From: Clostridia bacterium
GTDB lineage: Bacteria > Bacillota > Clostridia > Monoglobales > Firm-18
Length of the DNA: 64,000 nt
Assembly (NCBI GenBank): GCA_045660545.1
Contig: JAZREA010000019.1
Coordinates: 21,179-85,178, forward strand
Direction of reading: 5' to 3'
Under the pieces are notes generated by a model. It was not told the DNA's origin and did no database searches. It was given only the letters and a program-made list of their open reading frames with translations. Positions 32,319 to 43,256 of the stretch are shown here, piece by piece. The translations under genes and the position numbers were made by a program. Numbering within the stretch: position 1 is the stretch's first letter; every line of letters begins with the position of its first letter.

Positions 32319-32354
32319 TATATTGTGGAGAATATTATTGAGAAGAGGGAAAAT

Positions 32355-33479
32355 ATGAAGAGAGAAATTGAATTTACTGATAAGGTGTATTTGTTTTCGT
32401 GCAAGACATATATTCAGGAAGAAGTTTCGTCGGTTTTGAACAATCTTCTTGATAAGATATGTGCTGACAACAATTTTACGGATTTTCAGGGCAAAAAGGT
32501 TGTTCTGAAACCGAATTTGCTCGCGAAAAGAGCTCCTGATATGGGAGTTACGACGCAACCCTCGTTTGTTGTGGCGGCATCAGAATACTTTTCTAAAAAA
32601 GGTGCTGATGTTATAATTGCCGATAGCCCGGGTGGCGTATATCACCCTACTTTATTAAAATCCCTGTACAAAGTCTGCAAAATGGACGAAGCAGACTGTG
32701 CAGAGCTCAATTTTAATATTGAATCGGATTTGGTAAAGTGGGAGGATAAAGAGTTTAACATTATAAAGCCGCTTGTGGAGGCGGATATAATCGTAAACCT
32801 CGCCAGGATGAAAACGCATACGTTGTGTGATATGACGGCGGCGGTTAAGAATCTCTTTGGCTCTGTTCCGGGATTGTTGAAGGCGGAATATCACGCAAAA
32901 TATCCGAACAAAAAAGTTTTTTCAGATATGCTTGTGGACCTTTGCCTTGCTAACGCTCCGCAAATTAATATTATTGATGGAGTTGTTGGTATGGAGGGGG
33001 ATGGCCCTGCAAACGGTACACCTATCAAAACAGGCGTAATTATCGGCTCTGCAAATCCATTTGCAGCAGACTGCTTATGCGCACACATTATGGGCTTTGG
33101 GGAAGATGAAGTTGACACCGTGAGGATTTCAAAGGAACGAGGCCTTTGCCCAAAGGTTGAGGAGCTTGAAATTGAGGGAGAGGATATTGCTTCATATCGT
33201 TTTAAGTTTAAAAGACCAAAGGGCAGCAAGTCTACGATTGGCCTTGTAAGAATTTTGCCCAAATTTATTAAAAGAAGCTTTGAAAAGAAGGTTCCGCATC
33301 CTTTTGTTTTAAAAGAAAAATGTGTAGGCTGCGGAGAATGTGCAAGATGCTGTCCTGCCGAAACCATAACGATGGTGGAAGGCAAAGCTACTATTAATTA
33401 TGAAAAATGTATTAAATGTTTTTGCTGTCAGGAACTTTGCCCACAAAAAGCTGTTGTGATTAAAAAAATGAAGGTATAA
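32355..33479 (+). CDS. DUF362-type protein with C-terminal 2x[4Fe-4S] domain
   Basis: VLKPNLL, KTH, AVKNLFG, GMEGDGP; CxxCxxCxxxCP twice. Confidence 0.88.
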   Translation: MKREIEFTDKVYLFSCKTYIQEEVSSVLNNLLDKICADNNFTDFQGKKVVLKPNLLAKRAPDMGVTTQPSFVVAASEYFSKKGADVIIADSPGGVYHPTLLKSLYKVCKMDEADCAELNFNIESDLVKWEDKEFNIIKPLVEADIIVNLARMKTHTLCDMTAAVKNLFGSVPGLLKAEYHAKYPNKKVFSDMLVDLCLANAPQINIIDGVVGMEGDGPANGTPIKTGVIIGSANPFAADCLCAHIMGFGEDEVDTVRISKERGLCPKVEELEIEGEDIASYRFKFKRPKGSKSTIGLVRILPKFIKRSFEKKVPHPFVLKEKCVGCGECARCCPAETITMVEGKATINYEKCIKCFCCQELCPQKAVVIKKMKV

Positions 33480-33521
33480 CCATAATAAGTTTCGTGCAGT
33501 ATTGACGAAAGGATTAACAAT

Positions 33522-34766
33522 ATGGATCAGTATAAACTTACAAAAAAAGCTTGCCACCTTACAGGTATGACGATGGCAATATCAGCGAATTTGTCGCCTC
33601 TTTTATTTTTGACGTTTAAAGATATGTATAATTTATCTTATACGCTGCTTGGATTTTTGGTGGTAATCAATTTTTGTACCCAACTCTTTGTTGATTTAAT
33701 ATTTACGTTTTTTGCTAAACATTTCAATATACATAAAGCAGTAAGAAGTACACCATTAGTTATCTTTGTTGGCTTAATACTGTATGCGGTTTTGCCGATG
33801 GTTTTTCCGGAGAAGGCGTTTTTGTGGATAGCGATTGGGACGGTAATATTCTCTGTTGCTTCCGGATTGAGCGAGATTTTACTAAGTCCTGTGATTGCGG
33901 CAATTCCGAGCGAAAATCCCGAGGGCGAAATGAGTATACTTCACTCAATGTATGCCTGGGGCGTAGTAGGTGTAGTAATACTTAGCACGTTGTTCTTAAC
34001 CATTTTTGGCGGCACAAATTGGACGTATCTTGCGCTAATTTGGTCGGTAGTGCCGTTTACAGCCTTTTTAATGTTCTTAAAGGCAAAGCTTCCTCCAATC
34101 AACACTTTTGAATCTAAACAAAAGAAAACAAAAATATTTAACAAAGGTATTGTACTATGCGCCTTTTGCATATTTTTTGGCGGAGCGGCAGAATGTACAA
34201 TGTCTCAATGGGCATCAGGATTTATTGAAAATGCTATTGGCGTTCCGAAATTGTATGGGGATGTCATAGGTGTTGCGCTGTTCGCAGCATTGTTGGGGAC
34301 GGGAAGAATTTTATATTCAAAATATGGTAAAAAAATTATTAATATTTTGCTCTTCGGTATGTTAGGTGCGAGTATCTGTTATTTCCTGGCGAGTTTGTCG
34401 CTGAGCCCTGCAATTGGAATTATAGCGTGCGCGCTGACAGGTATTTTTACGTCTATGTTATGGCCGGGAACTTTAATTTACGTAGAAGAAAAGTTCGAAA
34501 ATGTTGGTGTGGCTGTTTACGCACTTATGGCTGCCGGTGGGGATATGGGCGCGTCTGTTGCTCCACAGCTGCTTGGCTTTGTATCTGACAAATTCAGCCT
34601 TACGGATTATGCTATGAAGATTTCACAGACTTTTAATATAAGTGCAGAACAAGTTGGTATGAGGGCAGGTCTGCTTGTGGCAGGGATTTTTCCTGTTGCC
34701 GGTCTGCTGTGCGTACTTTGTATGAAAAAACATTTCAAAAGGCCAGGCAAGATTGCATTGAAGTAG
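33522..34766 (+). CDS. MFS transporter
   Basis: About 12 hydrophobic segments in 414 aa. Confidence 0.85.
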   Translation: MDQYKLTKKACHLTGMTMAISANLSPLLFLTFKDMYNLSYTLLGFLVVINFCTQLFVDLIFTFFAKHFNIHKAVRSTPLVIFVGLILYAVLPMVFPEKAFLWIAIGTVIFSVASGLSEILLSPVIAAIPSENPEGEMSILHSMYAWGVVGVVILSTLFLTIFGGTNWTYLALIWSVVPFTAFLMFLKAKLPPINTFESKQKKTKIFNKGIVLCAFCIFFGGAAECTMSQWASGFIENAIGVPKLYGDVIGVALFAALLGTGRILYSKYGKKIINILLFGMLGASICYFLASLSLSPAIGIIACALTGIFTSMLWPGTLIYVEEKFENVGVAVYALMAAGGDMGASVAPQLLGFVSDKFSLTDYAMKISQTFNISAEQVGMRAGLLVAGIFPVAGLLCVLCMKKHFKRPGKIALK

Positions 34767-34790
34767 CCATTCGGCATTTTAATTAATGTA

Positions 34791-34841
34791 TTTTGTCCTG
34801 ATTTTACACGAGCCTATAAGAATGACAAAATTTGAAGAAGG
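34791..34841 (+). repeat. Intergenic repeat copy (short form)
   Basis: TTTTGTCCTGATTTTACACGAGCCTATAAGAATGACAAAATTTGAAGAAGG; aligns to 22865-22917. Confidence 0.75.
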
Positions 34842-34849
34842 TGATATAA

Positions 34850-35578
34850 ATGATTAACGAGATACAGTTTATAGCGATTTTACTCGTATCGGCAACGGGT
34901 GCATTTATACAAAGAGTAACCGGTTTTGGTTATGGTATTTTTGTTATGATATTTTTCCCGTATATTATAAAGACACATACTTCGGCAGCGGCAGTATCTA
35001 TGATTGTTTCATGCATATTATCTATGTACAATTCAATTATTTACAGAACAAAAATACCCTATAAAAAAGTTTTTCCTTTAATTGCAGCGTCTTTGGTTAC
35101 TATTCCTATTGCTGTTCGTTTTTCGGTTATGGTATCGGGAGATGTTTTTAAAAAAATACTTGGTATTGTTCTTATTGTGCTTAGTCTTTACTTTCTTTTT
35201 CTGAATAACCGTATAAAGATGAAGCCAACCGTAAAAAACGGTGCAATTGCCGGAGGTCTCGGCGGAGTGCTGACCGGATTGTTTTCAACCGGCGGACCAC
35301 CTATTGTACTATATCTTATGAATGCTTTAACAGACAACGTTATGTATTTTGCGTCAACGCAATTTTATTTTGGACTGACAGGTATTTATTCAACACTTGT
35401 AAGATTTTTTAACGGAATTATTACTATGGAAGTAGTTGTTTATTCTGTTATTGGCTTGGTTGGAAGTTTGGTTGGAAATTTTGTAGGCAAGCATATCTTT
35501 GATAAATTGAATGCGCAAAGACTCAAGCAATTGGTTTATTTTGGGATGATTATAAGTGGCATCGTCATGATTTTATAA
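34850..35578 (+). CDS. TauE/SafE (sulfite exporter) family membrane protein
   Basis: TGFGYG and FSTGGPP repeats, about 8 TM segments. Confidence 0.85.
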   Translation: MINEIQFIAILLVSATGAFIQRVTGFGYGIFVMIFFPYIIKTHTSAAAVSMIVSCILSMYNSIIYRTKIPYKKVFPLIAASLVTIPIAVRFSVMVSGDVFKKILGIVLIVLSLYFLFLNNRIKMKPTVKNGAIAGGLGGVLTGLFSTGGPPIVLYLMNALTDNVMYFASTQFYFGLTGIYSTLVRFFNGIITMEVVVYSVIGLVGSLVGNFVGKHIFDKLNAQRLKQLVYFGMIISGIVMIL

Positions 35579-35636
35579 AATATGAAATAAATATTGAAAA
35601 ACAATAGTGTAAAATTTAAGAAGAGGAGGGGGAGCT

Positions 35637-38066
35637 TTGAGAAAATTTGACGTTAAGGGGATGAGCTGTGCGGCGTGCAGCAGCCGTGTGGAAAGAGCGG
35701 TTGCTTCATTAGACGGGGTAGATGAATGCGCCGTTAACCTCCTTAGTAATTCGATGGTTGTAGAGGGAAGTGCTACGGACGACGAAATTATTGCTGCTGT
35801 AAAAAAGGCCGGGTATGAAGCTTCCTCAAAAGACGACAACAAAGCTGTAAACGACGAGCTAAGTCATGCAAAAGAAGTCAACAGCGTTAGAAAGAGGCTG
35901 ATTTATTCCGCCCTTCTTTTGTGTGTGCTGATGTATATATCGATGGGATATGTTATGTACAATCTGCCCCTGCCTCAATTTTTGGCTCGTAGTGATGCTT
36001 TGATTGTAGTTGTACAGCTTGTTCTTGCTACGTTTGTTTTGATTTTGAACAAGAAGTTCTTTGTAAATGGTTTTTTGGGGCTTGTACGTCTTTCGCCAAA
36101 TATGGACACGCTTGTTTCGATAGGGTCGCTTTCGGCTTATCTATACAGCGTTGTTCTGCTTGCGGACATGCTGATTAACAAATCTCATCATCTGCACGGA
36201 CTTTACTTTGAATCGGCCGCTATGATACTGACTTTGATTACAGTGGGTAAGATGCTGGAAGCAAGGGCAAAAGGTAAAACTACAACCGCGATAAAAGGCC
36301 TTATGGAGCTTTCGCCCAAAACTGCGACGTTAAAAAGAGGCGAAGATGAAGTTGTAACATCAGTTGATGACGTTAAAGTTGGAGATGTATTTATAGTTCG
36401 TCCCGGGGAGAGCGTGGCGGTTGACGGCGTAGTTATTGACGGACAAAGCTCAGTAGACGAGGCGATTCTTACCGGAGAGAGTATCCCTGTCGACAAGTCG
36501 GTTGGAGATAATGTTTCTGCCGCTACAATAAATCTGAGTGGTTACCTTGTTTGCAGGGCAACACGTGTCGGTAAGGACACAACACTTTCGCAGATTATAG
36601 AGGTGGTTAACAACGCCTCTGCAACAAAAGCTCCTATTGCAAAGATAGCGGACAAGGTTTCCGGTGTGTTTGTGCCGGTTGTAATTGGGGTTTCTGTTGT
36701 TACTCTTATTGTATGGTTATTGATTGGACAAGGATTTGAATTTGCGCTTGCCAGGGCGATTTCTGTGCTTGTTATAAGCTGCCCTTGTGCCCTTGGACTT
36801 GCAACCCCTGTCGCTATTATGGTAGGTAGCGGGTTTGCTGCAAAAAATGGAGTTTTATTTAAAACGGCGACTTCTCTTGAAGTTACAGGAAAGGCTAAGA
36901 TAATTGCCTTTGATAAAACCGGCACTATTACACAGGGCAGACCTGTTGTAACAGACGTGATATCCGTAAATCCGGGCGGAGAAAAAGAGCTGATAAGTAT
37001 AGCATATGCTTTGGAAAAAAACAGTGAACATCCGTTGGCAAAGGCAATAGTCAGCTATGCAAATGAGACAGATGTACAACGGCTTACGGTTACTGAATTT
37101 AAAAACGTGCCCGGGAACGGACTGATTGCAAAGCTTGAAAACGCAGATGTTTGTGCCGGAAATCTTGAATTTATAAAAAAACAGATTGATGTTGACGAAG
37201 ATACTATAAAAAAGGCACGGGAACTTTCTGCGCAGGGGAAAACACCGCTATATTTTAGCAAGGGAGAAAGTCTGCTTGGAATAATTGCCGTAGCTGACAC
37301 TATTAAAAAGGACGCAGCTGACGCTGTGACAGAGCTTAAAAAGATGGGAATCCGTGTAGTGATGATAACCGGAGATAACCAAAGAACTGCAAAGGCGATA
37401 AGCGAAAAGACAGAAATAGATGAAGTGTTTTCGGATGTTTTACCCGATGAAAAAGAGAAAATCGTTAGCGAATTAAAAAAGACTGCAACGGTTGTTATGG
37501 TAGGCGACGGGATTAACGACGCACCAGCGCTTACAACGGCTGATGTTGGGATATCGGTAGGAGGTGGTACCGACATAGCTATTGATGCGGCGGATGTAGT
37601 CTTAATGGGAGATTCGCTTTCGGACGTTGTGGCGGCTGTTAAAATCAGTAAAAGTGTGATTAAGAACATACATGAGAACTTGTTTTGGGCGTTTGGATAC
37701 AATATTATAGGAATACCGCTTGCGGCCGGAGCGTTCACACATCTGGGACTTACCATGAACCCGATGTTTGGTGCGGCGGCTATGAGCTTTTCCAGTATAT
37801 TTGTTGTGTCTAATGCGCTTAGGTTAAACTTTATAAAACTAAAAAAAGAGGAGACGGTGAAGATGTTAATAAAAATTGAAGGTATGATGTGCCCACACTG
37901 TGAGGCGAGGGTTAAAAAGACCTTAGAAGAGTTGGCAGGAGTAGAAAAGGTGGAGGTAAGCCACGAAAAAGGCACTGCGAACATAACTTCCTCAACAAAT
38001 ATAAGTGAAGAAACTGTCAAAGCTGTAATAGAAAACCAGGGATACAAGGTTCTAGCTATTGATTAG
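35637..38066 (+). CDS. copA: Copper-translocating P1B-type ATPase
   Basis: GMSCAAC and GMMCPHC HMA domains, [29 protein letters not shown]. Confidence 0.93.
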   Translation: MRKFDVKGMSCAACSSRVERAVASLDGVDECAVNLLSNSMVVEGSATDDEIIAAVKKAGYEASSKDDNKAVNDELSHAKEVNSVRKRLIYSALLLCVLMYISMGYVMYNLPLPQFLARSDALIVVVQLVLATFVLILNKKFFVNGFLGLVRLSPNMDTLVSIGSLSAYLYSVVLLADMLINKSHHLHGLYFESAAMILTLITVGKMLEARAKGKTTTAIKGLMELSPKTATLKRGEDEVVTSVDDVKVGDVFIVRPGESVAVDGVVIDGQSSVDEAILTGESIPVDKSVGDNVSAATINLSGYLVCRATRVGKDTTLSQIIEVVNNASATKAPIAKIADKVSGVFVPVVIGVSVVTLIVWLLIGQGFEFALARAISVLVISCPCALGLATPVAIMVGSGFAAKNGVLFKTATSLEVTGKAKIIAFDKTGTITQGRPVVTDVISVNPGGEKELISIAYALEKNSEHPLAKAIVSYANETDVQRLTVTEFKNVPGNGLIAKLENADVCAGNLEFIKKQIDVDEDTIKKARELSAQGKTPLYFSKGESLLGIIAVADTIKKDAADAVTELKKMGIRVVMITGDNQRTAKAISEKTEIDEVFSDVLPDEKEKIVSELKKTATVVMVGDGINDAPALTTADVGISVGGGTDIAIDAADVVLMGDSLSDVVAAVKISKSVIKNIHENLFWAFGYNIIGIPLAAGAFTHLGLTMNPMFGAAAMSFSSIFVVSNALRLNFIKLKKEETVKMLIKIEGMMCPHCEARVKKTLEELAGVEKVEVSHEKGTANITSSTNISEETVKAVIENQGYKVLAID

Positions 38067-38090
38067 ACAGATTTTGTATTTGTGCAAACA

Positions 38091-38117
38091 AAAAGACACC
38101 GTATGGTGTCTTTTTTA
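38091..38117 (+). terminator. Intrinsic terminator after copA
   Basis: AAAAGACACC-GTAT-GGTGTCTTTTTT. Confidence 0.85.
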
Positions 38118-38211
38118 ATATCTGAGTCAGCGATTTTTTATGATTTTACTGTCGAAGTTAAGATGTTGGTGCATATAATGATAATATAATTTTTTGGTTG
38201 GAGATGATTCC

Positions 38212-38691
38212 TTGAGAAACATAAATATTCTGTCATACACGAAAAAACCTTATGCTGTGGCAAGGATACAAGGCAGCAGCAACTATCCAAAGATACAGGG
38301 CTTGGTTAGATTCTATCAAAGAAAAGAGGGTGTCTTGGTGTGGGTTTATGTATCAGGTTTACCCAAAAGCGATGATGTGTGTAAACAACCGATTTTTGCT
38401 ATGCATATTCACAACGGGGGCAGTTGCACAGGAAACGAAGAAGACCCTTTCGCTGATGCTATGACGCATTATAATCCAAACAATTGTACACATCCTTATC
38501 ATTCAGGAGATATGCCGCCTTTATTTGGAGCCAATGGAATAGCTTTTTACACCTTCTTAACTGATAGGTTTTCTGCAAAAGATATTATCGGCAAAAGTCT
38601 TATTATTCATTCCAAGCCCGACGACTTTACAACACAACCGTCAGGAAACTCGGGGGAAAAGATTGCTTGTGGAATTATAGTGAAAAATTAA
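38212..38691 (+). CDS. Cu/Zn superoxide dismutase family protein
   Basis: MHIH, HYNP, HSGDMP, IIH..PDDF, GNSGEKIACGII. Confidence 0.88.
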   Translation: MRNINILSYTKKPYAVARIQGSSNYPKIQGLVRFYQRKEGVLVWVYVSGLPKSDDVCKQPIFAMHIHNGGSCTGNEEDPFADAMTHYNPNNCTHPYHSGDMPPLFGANGIAFYTFLTDRFSAKDIIGKSLIIHSKPDDFTTQPSGNSGEKIACGIIVKN

Positions 38692-38737
38692 ATTTAAGTC
38701 GATAAAACCATAATGTATTATATTGGCATAAAAAAAA

Positions 38738-38765
38738 ACAAGCATCTAAAGATGCTTGCTTTTTA
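38738..38765. terminator. Bidirectional terminator; original terminator of the tRNA-Ser pair before element insertion
   Basis: AAGCATCT-AA-AGATGCTT flanked by A and T tracts, adjacent to the displaced tRNA 3' end. Confidence 0.75.
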
Positions 38766-38766
38766 G

Positions 38767-38779
38767 TGGCGGAGAAGGA
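38767..38779. repeat. att core (left junction), duplicate of tRNA-Ser 3' end
   Basis: TGGCGGAGAAGGA identical to 48209-48221. Confidence 0.92.
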
Positions 38780-38888
38780 CTTTTACCGTCAGAAAACACA
38801 AAACGCACTTCTCCTAAACAAGCCATTTTCAGCCACTTGATTTTCTATATTTCAAGAGAAAATCTGAAAAGAGCATATCGTTAAACTT

Positions 38889-38922
38889 ATTTTGTCCCCA
38901 GATGAATTTCTGGGGGCAAAAT
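38889..38922. terminator. Hairpin terminator at element left end
   Basis: ATTTTGTCCCCAGA...TCTGGGGGCAAAAT. Confidence 0.7.
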
Positions 38923-39885
38923 TTATTTTCTATTCTTATTCAAATCTGGTATTCCCTTATAGGTCTTAAAGTCTTTTTTTGATTCAGCATTTTTCTTTTC
39001 AATAAGGTCATTTGTCATTGTTCTGCTGAAACCTATGAAAAATGATTTCTTACAGATGATGTCAAAAACTCTATCACTACCATTTAGAGTATAGCCATTT
39101 AGATTTAACAATTTTTCTGTAAGCGATAGAGGGAATGAAAGGGCAAAAGAAAGATTTATAAATATCTTCTTTCTAAATTCTTGTTCGCATTTGTTTTTAC
39201 TGATGAAATCATTATATACACTTTTGGGAACTCCATATTCTTCAAGTGCTTCACAATAACTGCTTTTACTTGTTCTTTCAGTAAATTCAATTTCATAATT
39301 TCTTTTCTTGTCGCACTCTTTCAAGAATTCATCATAAGAAGATGATTTAAGCCACTTATTGTCAATAAATACTCTTGTTCTTATTTTTAATTCATTAAAT
39401 CGCTGATTTAAGATAATATCGTGTAATGTGTCTTTATAAGAAATTTCGTGTTTTGCTTTTTCTTCTTTTGAAGTGTCTGTGTCCTTTGCTTCTTTCTGTT
39501 CAAAGACCTTAATCAGTTTATCATAATATTTGTTAAACTGTTGTGAAAGTTCGTTTTCTATCTTACTGGAAGCAAAAATAGAATTTTCAAAGTTATAAAT
39601 AAAAGGATTGATTGTTTCTTTTCCACTACCGAAATCAAAATGGAATGAAATCATATCTCGGTATGAAGTATAAATAATCGCTTTCTTATATTTTTCACTT
39701 TTGTAAATGCTTTCGTTTGCTTCTGAATGTCTTTCCCATTCATCACAAAAATTTTCTAATTCAATATAATAATCTTCAATTCTATCAAAATTTTCACGAA
39801 CTACACATTGACGGCAACTGATAATCCAATCGGCAATCTCTTTATAATTCATTTTTGATAAATCAACTGAAAATAAACCATTCAT
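38923..39885 (-). CDS. Hypothetical protein with C-terminal Cro/C1-like HTH region
   Basis: Start MNGLFSV after AGGTGG; C-terminal LSFAL...TEKLL...GYTL...FDII pattern seen in XRE-type domains of Clostridia. Confidence 0.65.
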   Translation of the reverse strand: MNGLFSVDLSKMNYKEIADWIISCRQCVVRENFDRIEDYYIELENFCDEWERHSEANESIYKSEKYKKAIIYTSYRDMISFHFDFGSGKETINPFIYNFENSIFASSKIENELSQQFNKYYDKLIKVFEQKEAKDTDTSKEEKAKHEISYKDTLHDIILNQRFNELKIRTRVFIDNKWLKSSSYDEFLKECDKKRNYEIEFTERTSKSSYCEALEEYGVPKSVYNDFISKNKCEQEFRKKIFINLSFALSFPLSLTEKLLNLNGYTLNGSDRVFDIICKKSFFIGFSRTMTNDLIEKKNAESKKDFKTYKGIPDLNKNRK

Positions 39886-40122
39886 AATAATACACCACCT
39901 AAAAGAGAAAACCGCCAGAATGTAAAAACACATTCTGACGGTTTCTGTTATTCCTACCATTTGTATTTGTTGCCTGCCCCAAAGGGCAGGAGTAATACCA
40001 TTTCTTAACCATTTTGTTTCCTGCCATTGTTATTCTTTTAGACTAACAAAATAGATATGAGGGTGTAAAGGTTGCCCTTTACCTTATATACTATGCAGGA
40101 ATATGTCAGAATATAACCTTTA

Positions 40123-41430
40123 TTACAATTTAGTCAAGTTAAATACCCATTTAAGCCAACAAGAAACCGAAGTAGAACGCCGTTCTATCTGTCCTTTATT
40201 ACAAACATTCAATTCTTTCATCATCTTTGTAATATCGCTTTTCTTTGGAAGTTCCCCAGAACTAATAATTTCATCAAAGAAGTGAGCATATATTTTATGT
40301 TGTAAAATCAAACTGACTATTTTAAGTTGTCGTTCTTTATAGTTTAACTTAAAAACTCTATTTCCAAGTTCGGTTAGTTGTACGAAAATTTGTTTATCTT
40401 CCTTGACTTTTTCAAACAACCCCAAATATTTCCCAGCATTAAAATAATAATCAGATTGTCTTTCTTGAAAATCCATAAGTTCTGCTATCTGGACTGTTGT
40501 CATAGGATTATCATACATATTTTCAAGTAGAGAAATAATGCGATCCATTGAATCTGCCTGAACAAATGGTATGGTTGTTTTTTCCATATTATCATCTGTT
40601 ATAATGTTTGTATTGTTCCTGACAGAGATTAAATCTTCCATATCAATACTGGTATCTTGTAATGAATAGTTTTTTGTCTTGACCAATTCAATAGAAGAAT
40701 AATCTTCAAGTTTTGTAAATCTATATTCAAACAATCTATATATCATATTTGAATATACAGAGAACACAAGTCTTATAGGCTTATTTACTTTTGTTTTCCA
40801 CAATCTATATGGATAATATAATTGTCTTATATGAAAATCTTCATATACAACATTTTTGGCTTCCATTATAACTACTGATTCATCATTTTCAAAACCACCG
40901 TCAATTTCACAACGAGCATTATTAACTACAACATTCCTTTTTATGTTTCTAAAAGTATCTACTTGAAACTCAAAAGTCCCCGTCCCCATTTTTCCATTAA
41001 ATGTTGAAACATTTTTACTTGTTCCCAGAAAATCGTCAAGTATGCCTGTTAGAATCAATACATTTATAGCATTAGCCTCGGAGTTTATATTGTTTATGTC
41101 TATTGACTCATACTCTGGCACATCAACATGTGTCATTTTTTCCACTTTTTCTTCCAATTCAGGTATTTCTTGATATAGTATAAAATCACTTATAACATAA
41201 GAACTGCTACTGTCAGGCAGAATATTTAGTTTGTTTTTCCTCAATATATCTGGAAGTGATGATGTGCTGTCCCATTTTGCCATAAGTCTAGGTTCTTTAT
41301 ATTCTTTTATTTGACTTGCCTTTATATGAAATATTCCGTTTGTTTCAACTTCTTGTATGATATTATATTTTTCTATTAACTCTTTCCAAGCGTCATTAGT
41401 AGAAAGGTTTTTACTTTTGTTCTGGGACAT
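40123..41430 (-). CDS. Putative type II restriction endonuclease (PD-(D/E)xK)
   Basis: EIDGGFE...IMEAK catalytic motif, RQLYYPYRLW; overlaps methylase gene. Confidence 0.75.
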   Translation of the reverse strand: MSQNKSKNLSTNDAWKELIEKYNIIQEVETNGIFHIKASQIKEYKEPRLMAKWDSTSSLPDILRKNKLNILPDSSSSYVISDFILYQEIPELEEKVEKMTHVDVPEYESIDINNINSEANAINVLILTGILDDFLGTSKNVSTFNGKMGTGTFEFQVDTFRNIKRNVVVNNARCEIDGGFENDESVVIMEAKNVVYEDFHIRQLYYPYRLWKTKVNKPIRLVFSVYSNMIYRLFEYRFTKLEDYSSIELVKTKNYSLQDTSIDMEDLISVRNNTNIITDDNMEKTTIPFVQADSMDRIISLLENMYDNPMTTVQIAELMDFQERQSDYYFNAGKYLGLFEKVKEDKQIFVQLTELGNRVFKLNYKERQLKIVSLILQHKIYAHFFDEIISSGELPKKSDITKMMKELNVCNKGQIERRSTSVSCWLKWVFNLTKL

Positions 41431-42256
41431 AATAAACTAACACCTCATTTATTTCCCCTCTTTTTTCAGCATTACTGTTTATTGTTCGTTTTGCTTGAAC
41501 TGTAAGAATGGAATAATCTTTATATAAATCTCTAATCTCTGGACAATCAGAGTTAGAAAGCAAAAAGCCTATATTCTTGGCTTTTAATTTATCACACTCT
41601 CTTTTTAACTCAACTTGTTGTTCATAAGAAAAGCCGTTTTCAGTATAGCCAGTAAAAGAAGATGATGATGAAATAGGCATATAAGGTGGATCAAGATAAA
41701 CAAATGCCCCTTTTCTCAATCCTTTTAAAGCTTCTTTATAATCTCCCTGCTTAATTGTAATGTTATTATTTTTCAAATATTTTGACATTGCCCTGATTGT
41801 AGGAGCATTGACTATGTTAGGATTTTTATATTTACCATAAGGGGAGTTAAATTGCCCTGCTGAATTAACCCTATATAAACCATTAAAGCAAGTTTTGTTT
41901 AAGTATATTATTCTCGCCGCTTTTTCCACATCGGTAAGAGAATCAAAGTTTTTAACTCTATCTAATGCCCTTACCTTGTAAAAATACTCTTCGTTGTTAT
42001 TTAAACTATGTTTTTCCAGTTCCTTAATTAGTTCTTCTGGGTAATCTCTAACAGTCAAATATACATTTATCAATTCTTCATTGTAGTCATTGATAATAGC
42101 TTTTTTAGGTTGTAGTTCAAAGAAAACCGCACCACCACCAATGAATGGTTCAACATAAGTAGAACAGTTGGCATTTATTAAAGGAATTATACTATCTAAT
42201 AATTGCCTTTTTCCACCAACCCATTTTAGTATGGGGCTAATAAGCACATTTTTCAC
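41411..42256 (-). CDS. Dam/DpnM-family N6-adenine DNA methyltransferase
   Basis: LKWVGGK, EPFIGGGAV (motif I), YRVN..G.FNSPYG, YLDPPY (motif IV). Confidence 0.93.
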   Translation of the reverse strand: MKNVLISPILKWVGGKRQLLDSIIPLINANCSTYVEPFIGGGAVFFELQPKKAIINDYNEELINVYLTVRDYPEELIKELEKHSLNNNEEYFYKVRALDRVKNFDSLTDVEKAARIIYLNKTCFNGLYRVNSAGQFNSPYGKYKNPNIVNAPTIRAMSKYLKNNNITIKQGDYKEALKGLRKGAFVYLDPPYMPISSSSSFTGYTENGFSYEQQVELKRECDKLKAKNIGFLLSNSDCPEIRDLYKDYSILTVQAKRTINSNAEKRGEINEVLVYYVPEQK

Positions 42257-42359
42257 TTGAACACCTCTTTTCAAAACAATCTAAATTTATTATAACACAT
42301 AATTTCCCAAAAGTCAATTTTCTTCCGCATAAAAGGATAATTTCTGAATATTTATTGTT

Positions 42360-43097
42360 TTATGGTGGAATATATATTCTTTTCTTATCTATTCTTAATA
42401 GATATACCTTCTTAACTGATATATTCTTTCTCTTACTTAATAGAGGGGTATATATTATATAAGTCATATTACATTGTAGTCTTTTTGTATTTAATTGTGT
42501 TCGGGAATGTCTTTGTCTGCCTTGTTTCTTCGGTTGTGTCGGTTTTTCTATATGTGTAAATTTAATTCGTTGTGCCTTAATGGTGGCGTTTGCTTTTGAT
42601 ACGGCGGTATAAAATCCGTGCTTGTCGGTTGATAATATTCCTTTTTCGTCTATCTCTACTGTTCGTATGGTCTGGGATTGTCTTAATACATAGGTCAATG
42701 CTTCTTCTTGATATTCTCGGCAATCGTTATACCATACTGCTTTGGTCTTATATTTGTTGTTCAAGCGGTCAGCCATAAGGGAACATATCATATCAGCAGG
42801 ATTGCCGTATAGAACGATATGTATGTGCGGTGCGGTCTTGTGGTTAGGTAGATAGTAGTTAGTTCTGGCAAATCTCTTTTTCGGTCTGCCCCTTTTTCCA
42901 GTTCGCACAGTTGTCATAGTCCCTGCTTTTGGATTGTATTCACTAACACCGATAACCGCCTTACAAAAGTAGCCTTTTCTCGCACATAGTCTTTGAAGCC
43001 ATATTTTAATGGTGTTTGCTTCCTTTACTGCTTCTTTGGTGTTGCTAAAAATACTGCTTGAAACAGTAAGCATCATAACTTTGGTCTTTCTTTTCAT
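42360..43097 (-). CDS. Putative HUH endonuclease / rolling-circle Rep
   Basis: Motif 1 MLTVS, motif 2 PHIHIVL, motif 3 YVLRQ; very basic. Confidence 0.65.
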   Translation of the reverse strand: MKRKTKVMMLTVSSSIFSNTKEAVKEANTIKIWLQRLCARKGYFCKAVIGVSEYNPKAGTMTTVRTGKRGRPKKRFARTNYYLPNHKTAPHIHIVLYGNPADMICSLMADRLNNKYKTKAVWYNDCREYQEEALTYVLRQSQTIRTVEIDEKGILSTDKHGFYTAVSKANATIKAQRIKFTHIEKPTQPKKQGRQRHSRTQLNTKRLQCNMTYIIYTPLLSKRKNISVKKVYLLRIDKKRIYIPP

Positions 43098-43256
43098 TTG
43101 TATCACTCTCATATCTCTATTTTTAGAAACATACGGAGAAAATGAAAAGTATATAAATTTTAAGTGTCTGACGATTTTTGAAATCGTTATAACATAAGTA
43201 TTTCAAGGCATTTTATAACAAAAAAATAGCCTTATACCGCAGTATAAAGCCATTTT

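Noticed and set aside
37055-38047. 330-aa antisense ORF and other long shadow ORFs (14983-15690, 7088-7624, 52499-52996)
   Set aside because: Lie opposite well-supported genes, with no RBS or motifs; codon-bias artefacts.
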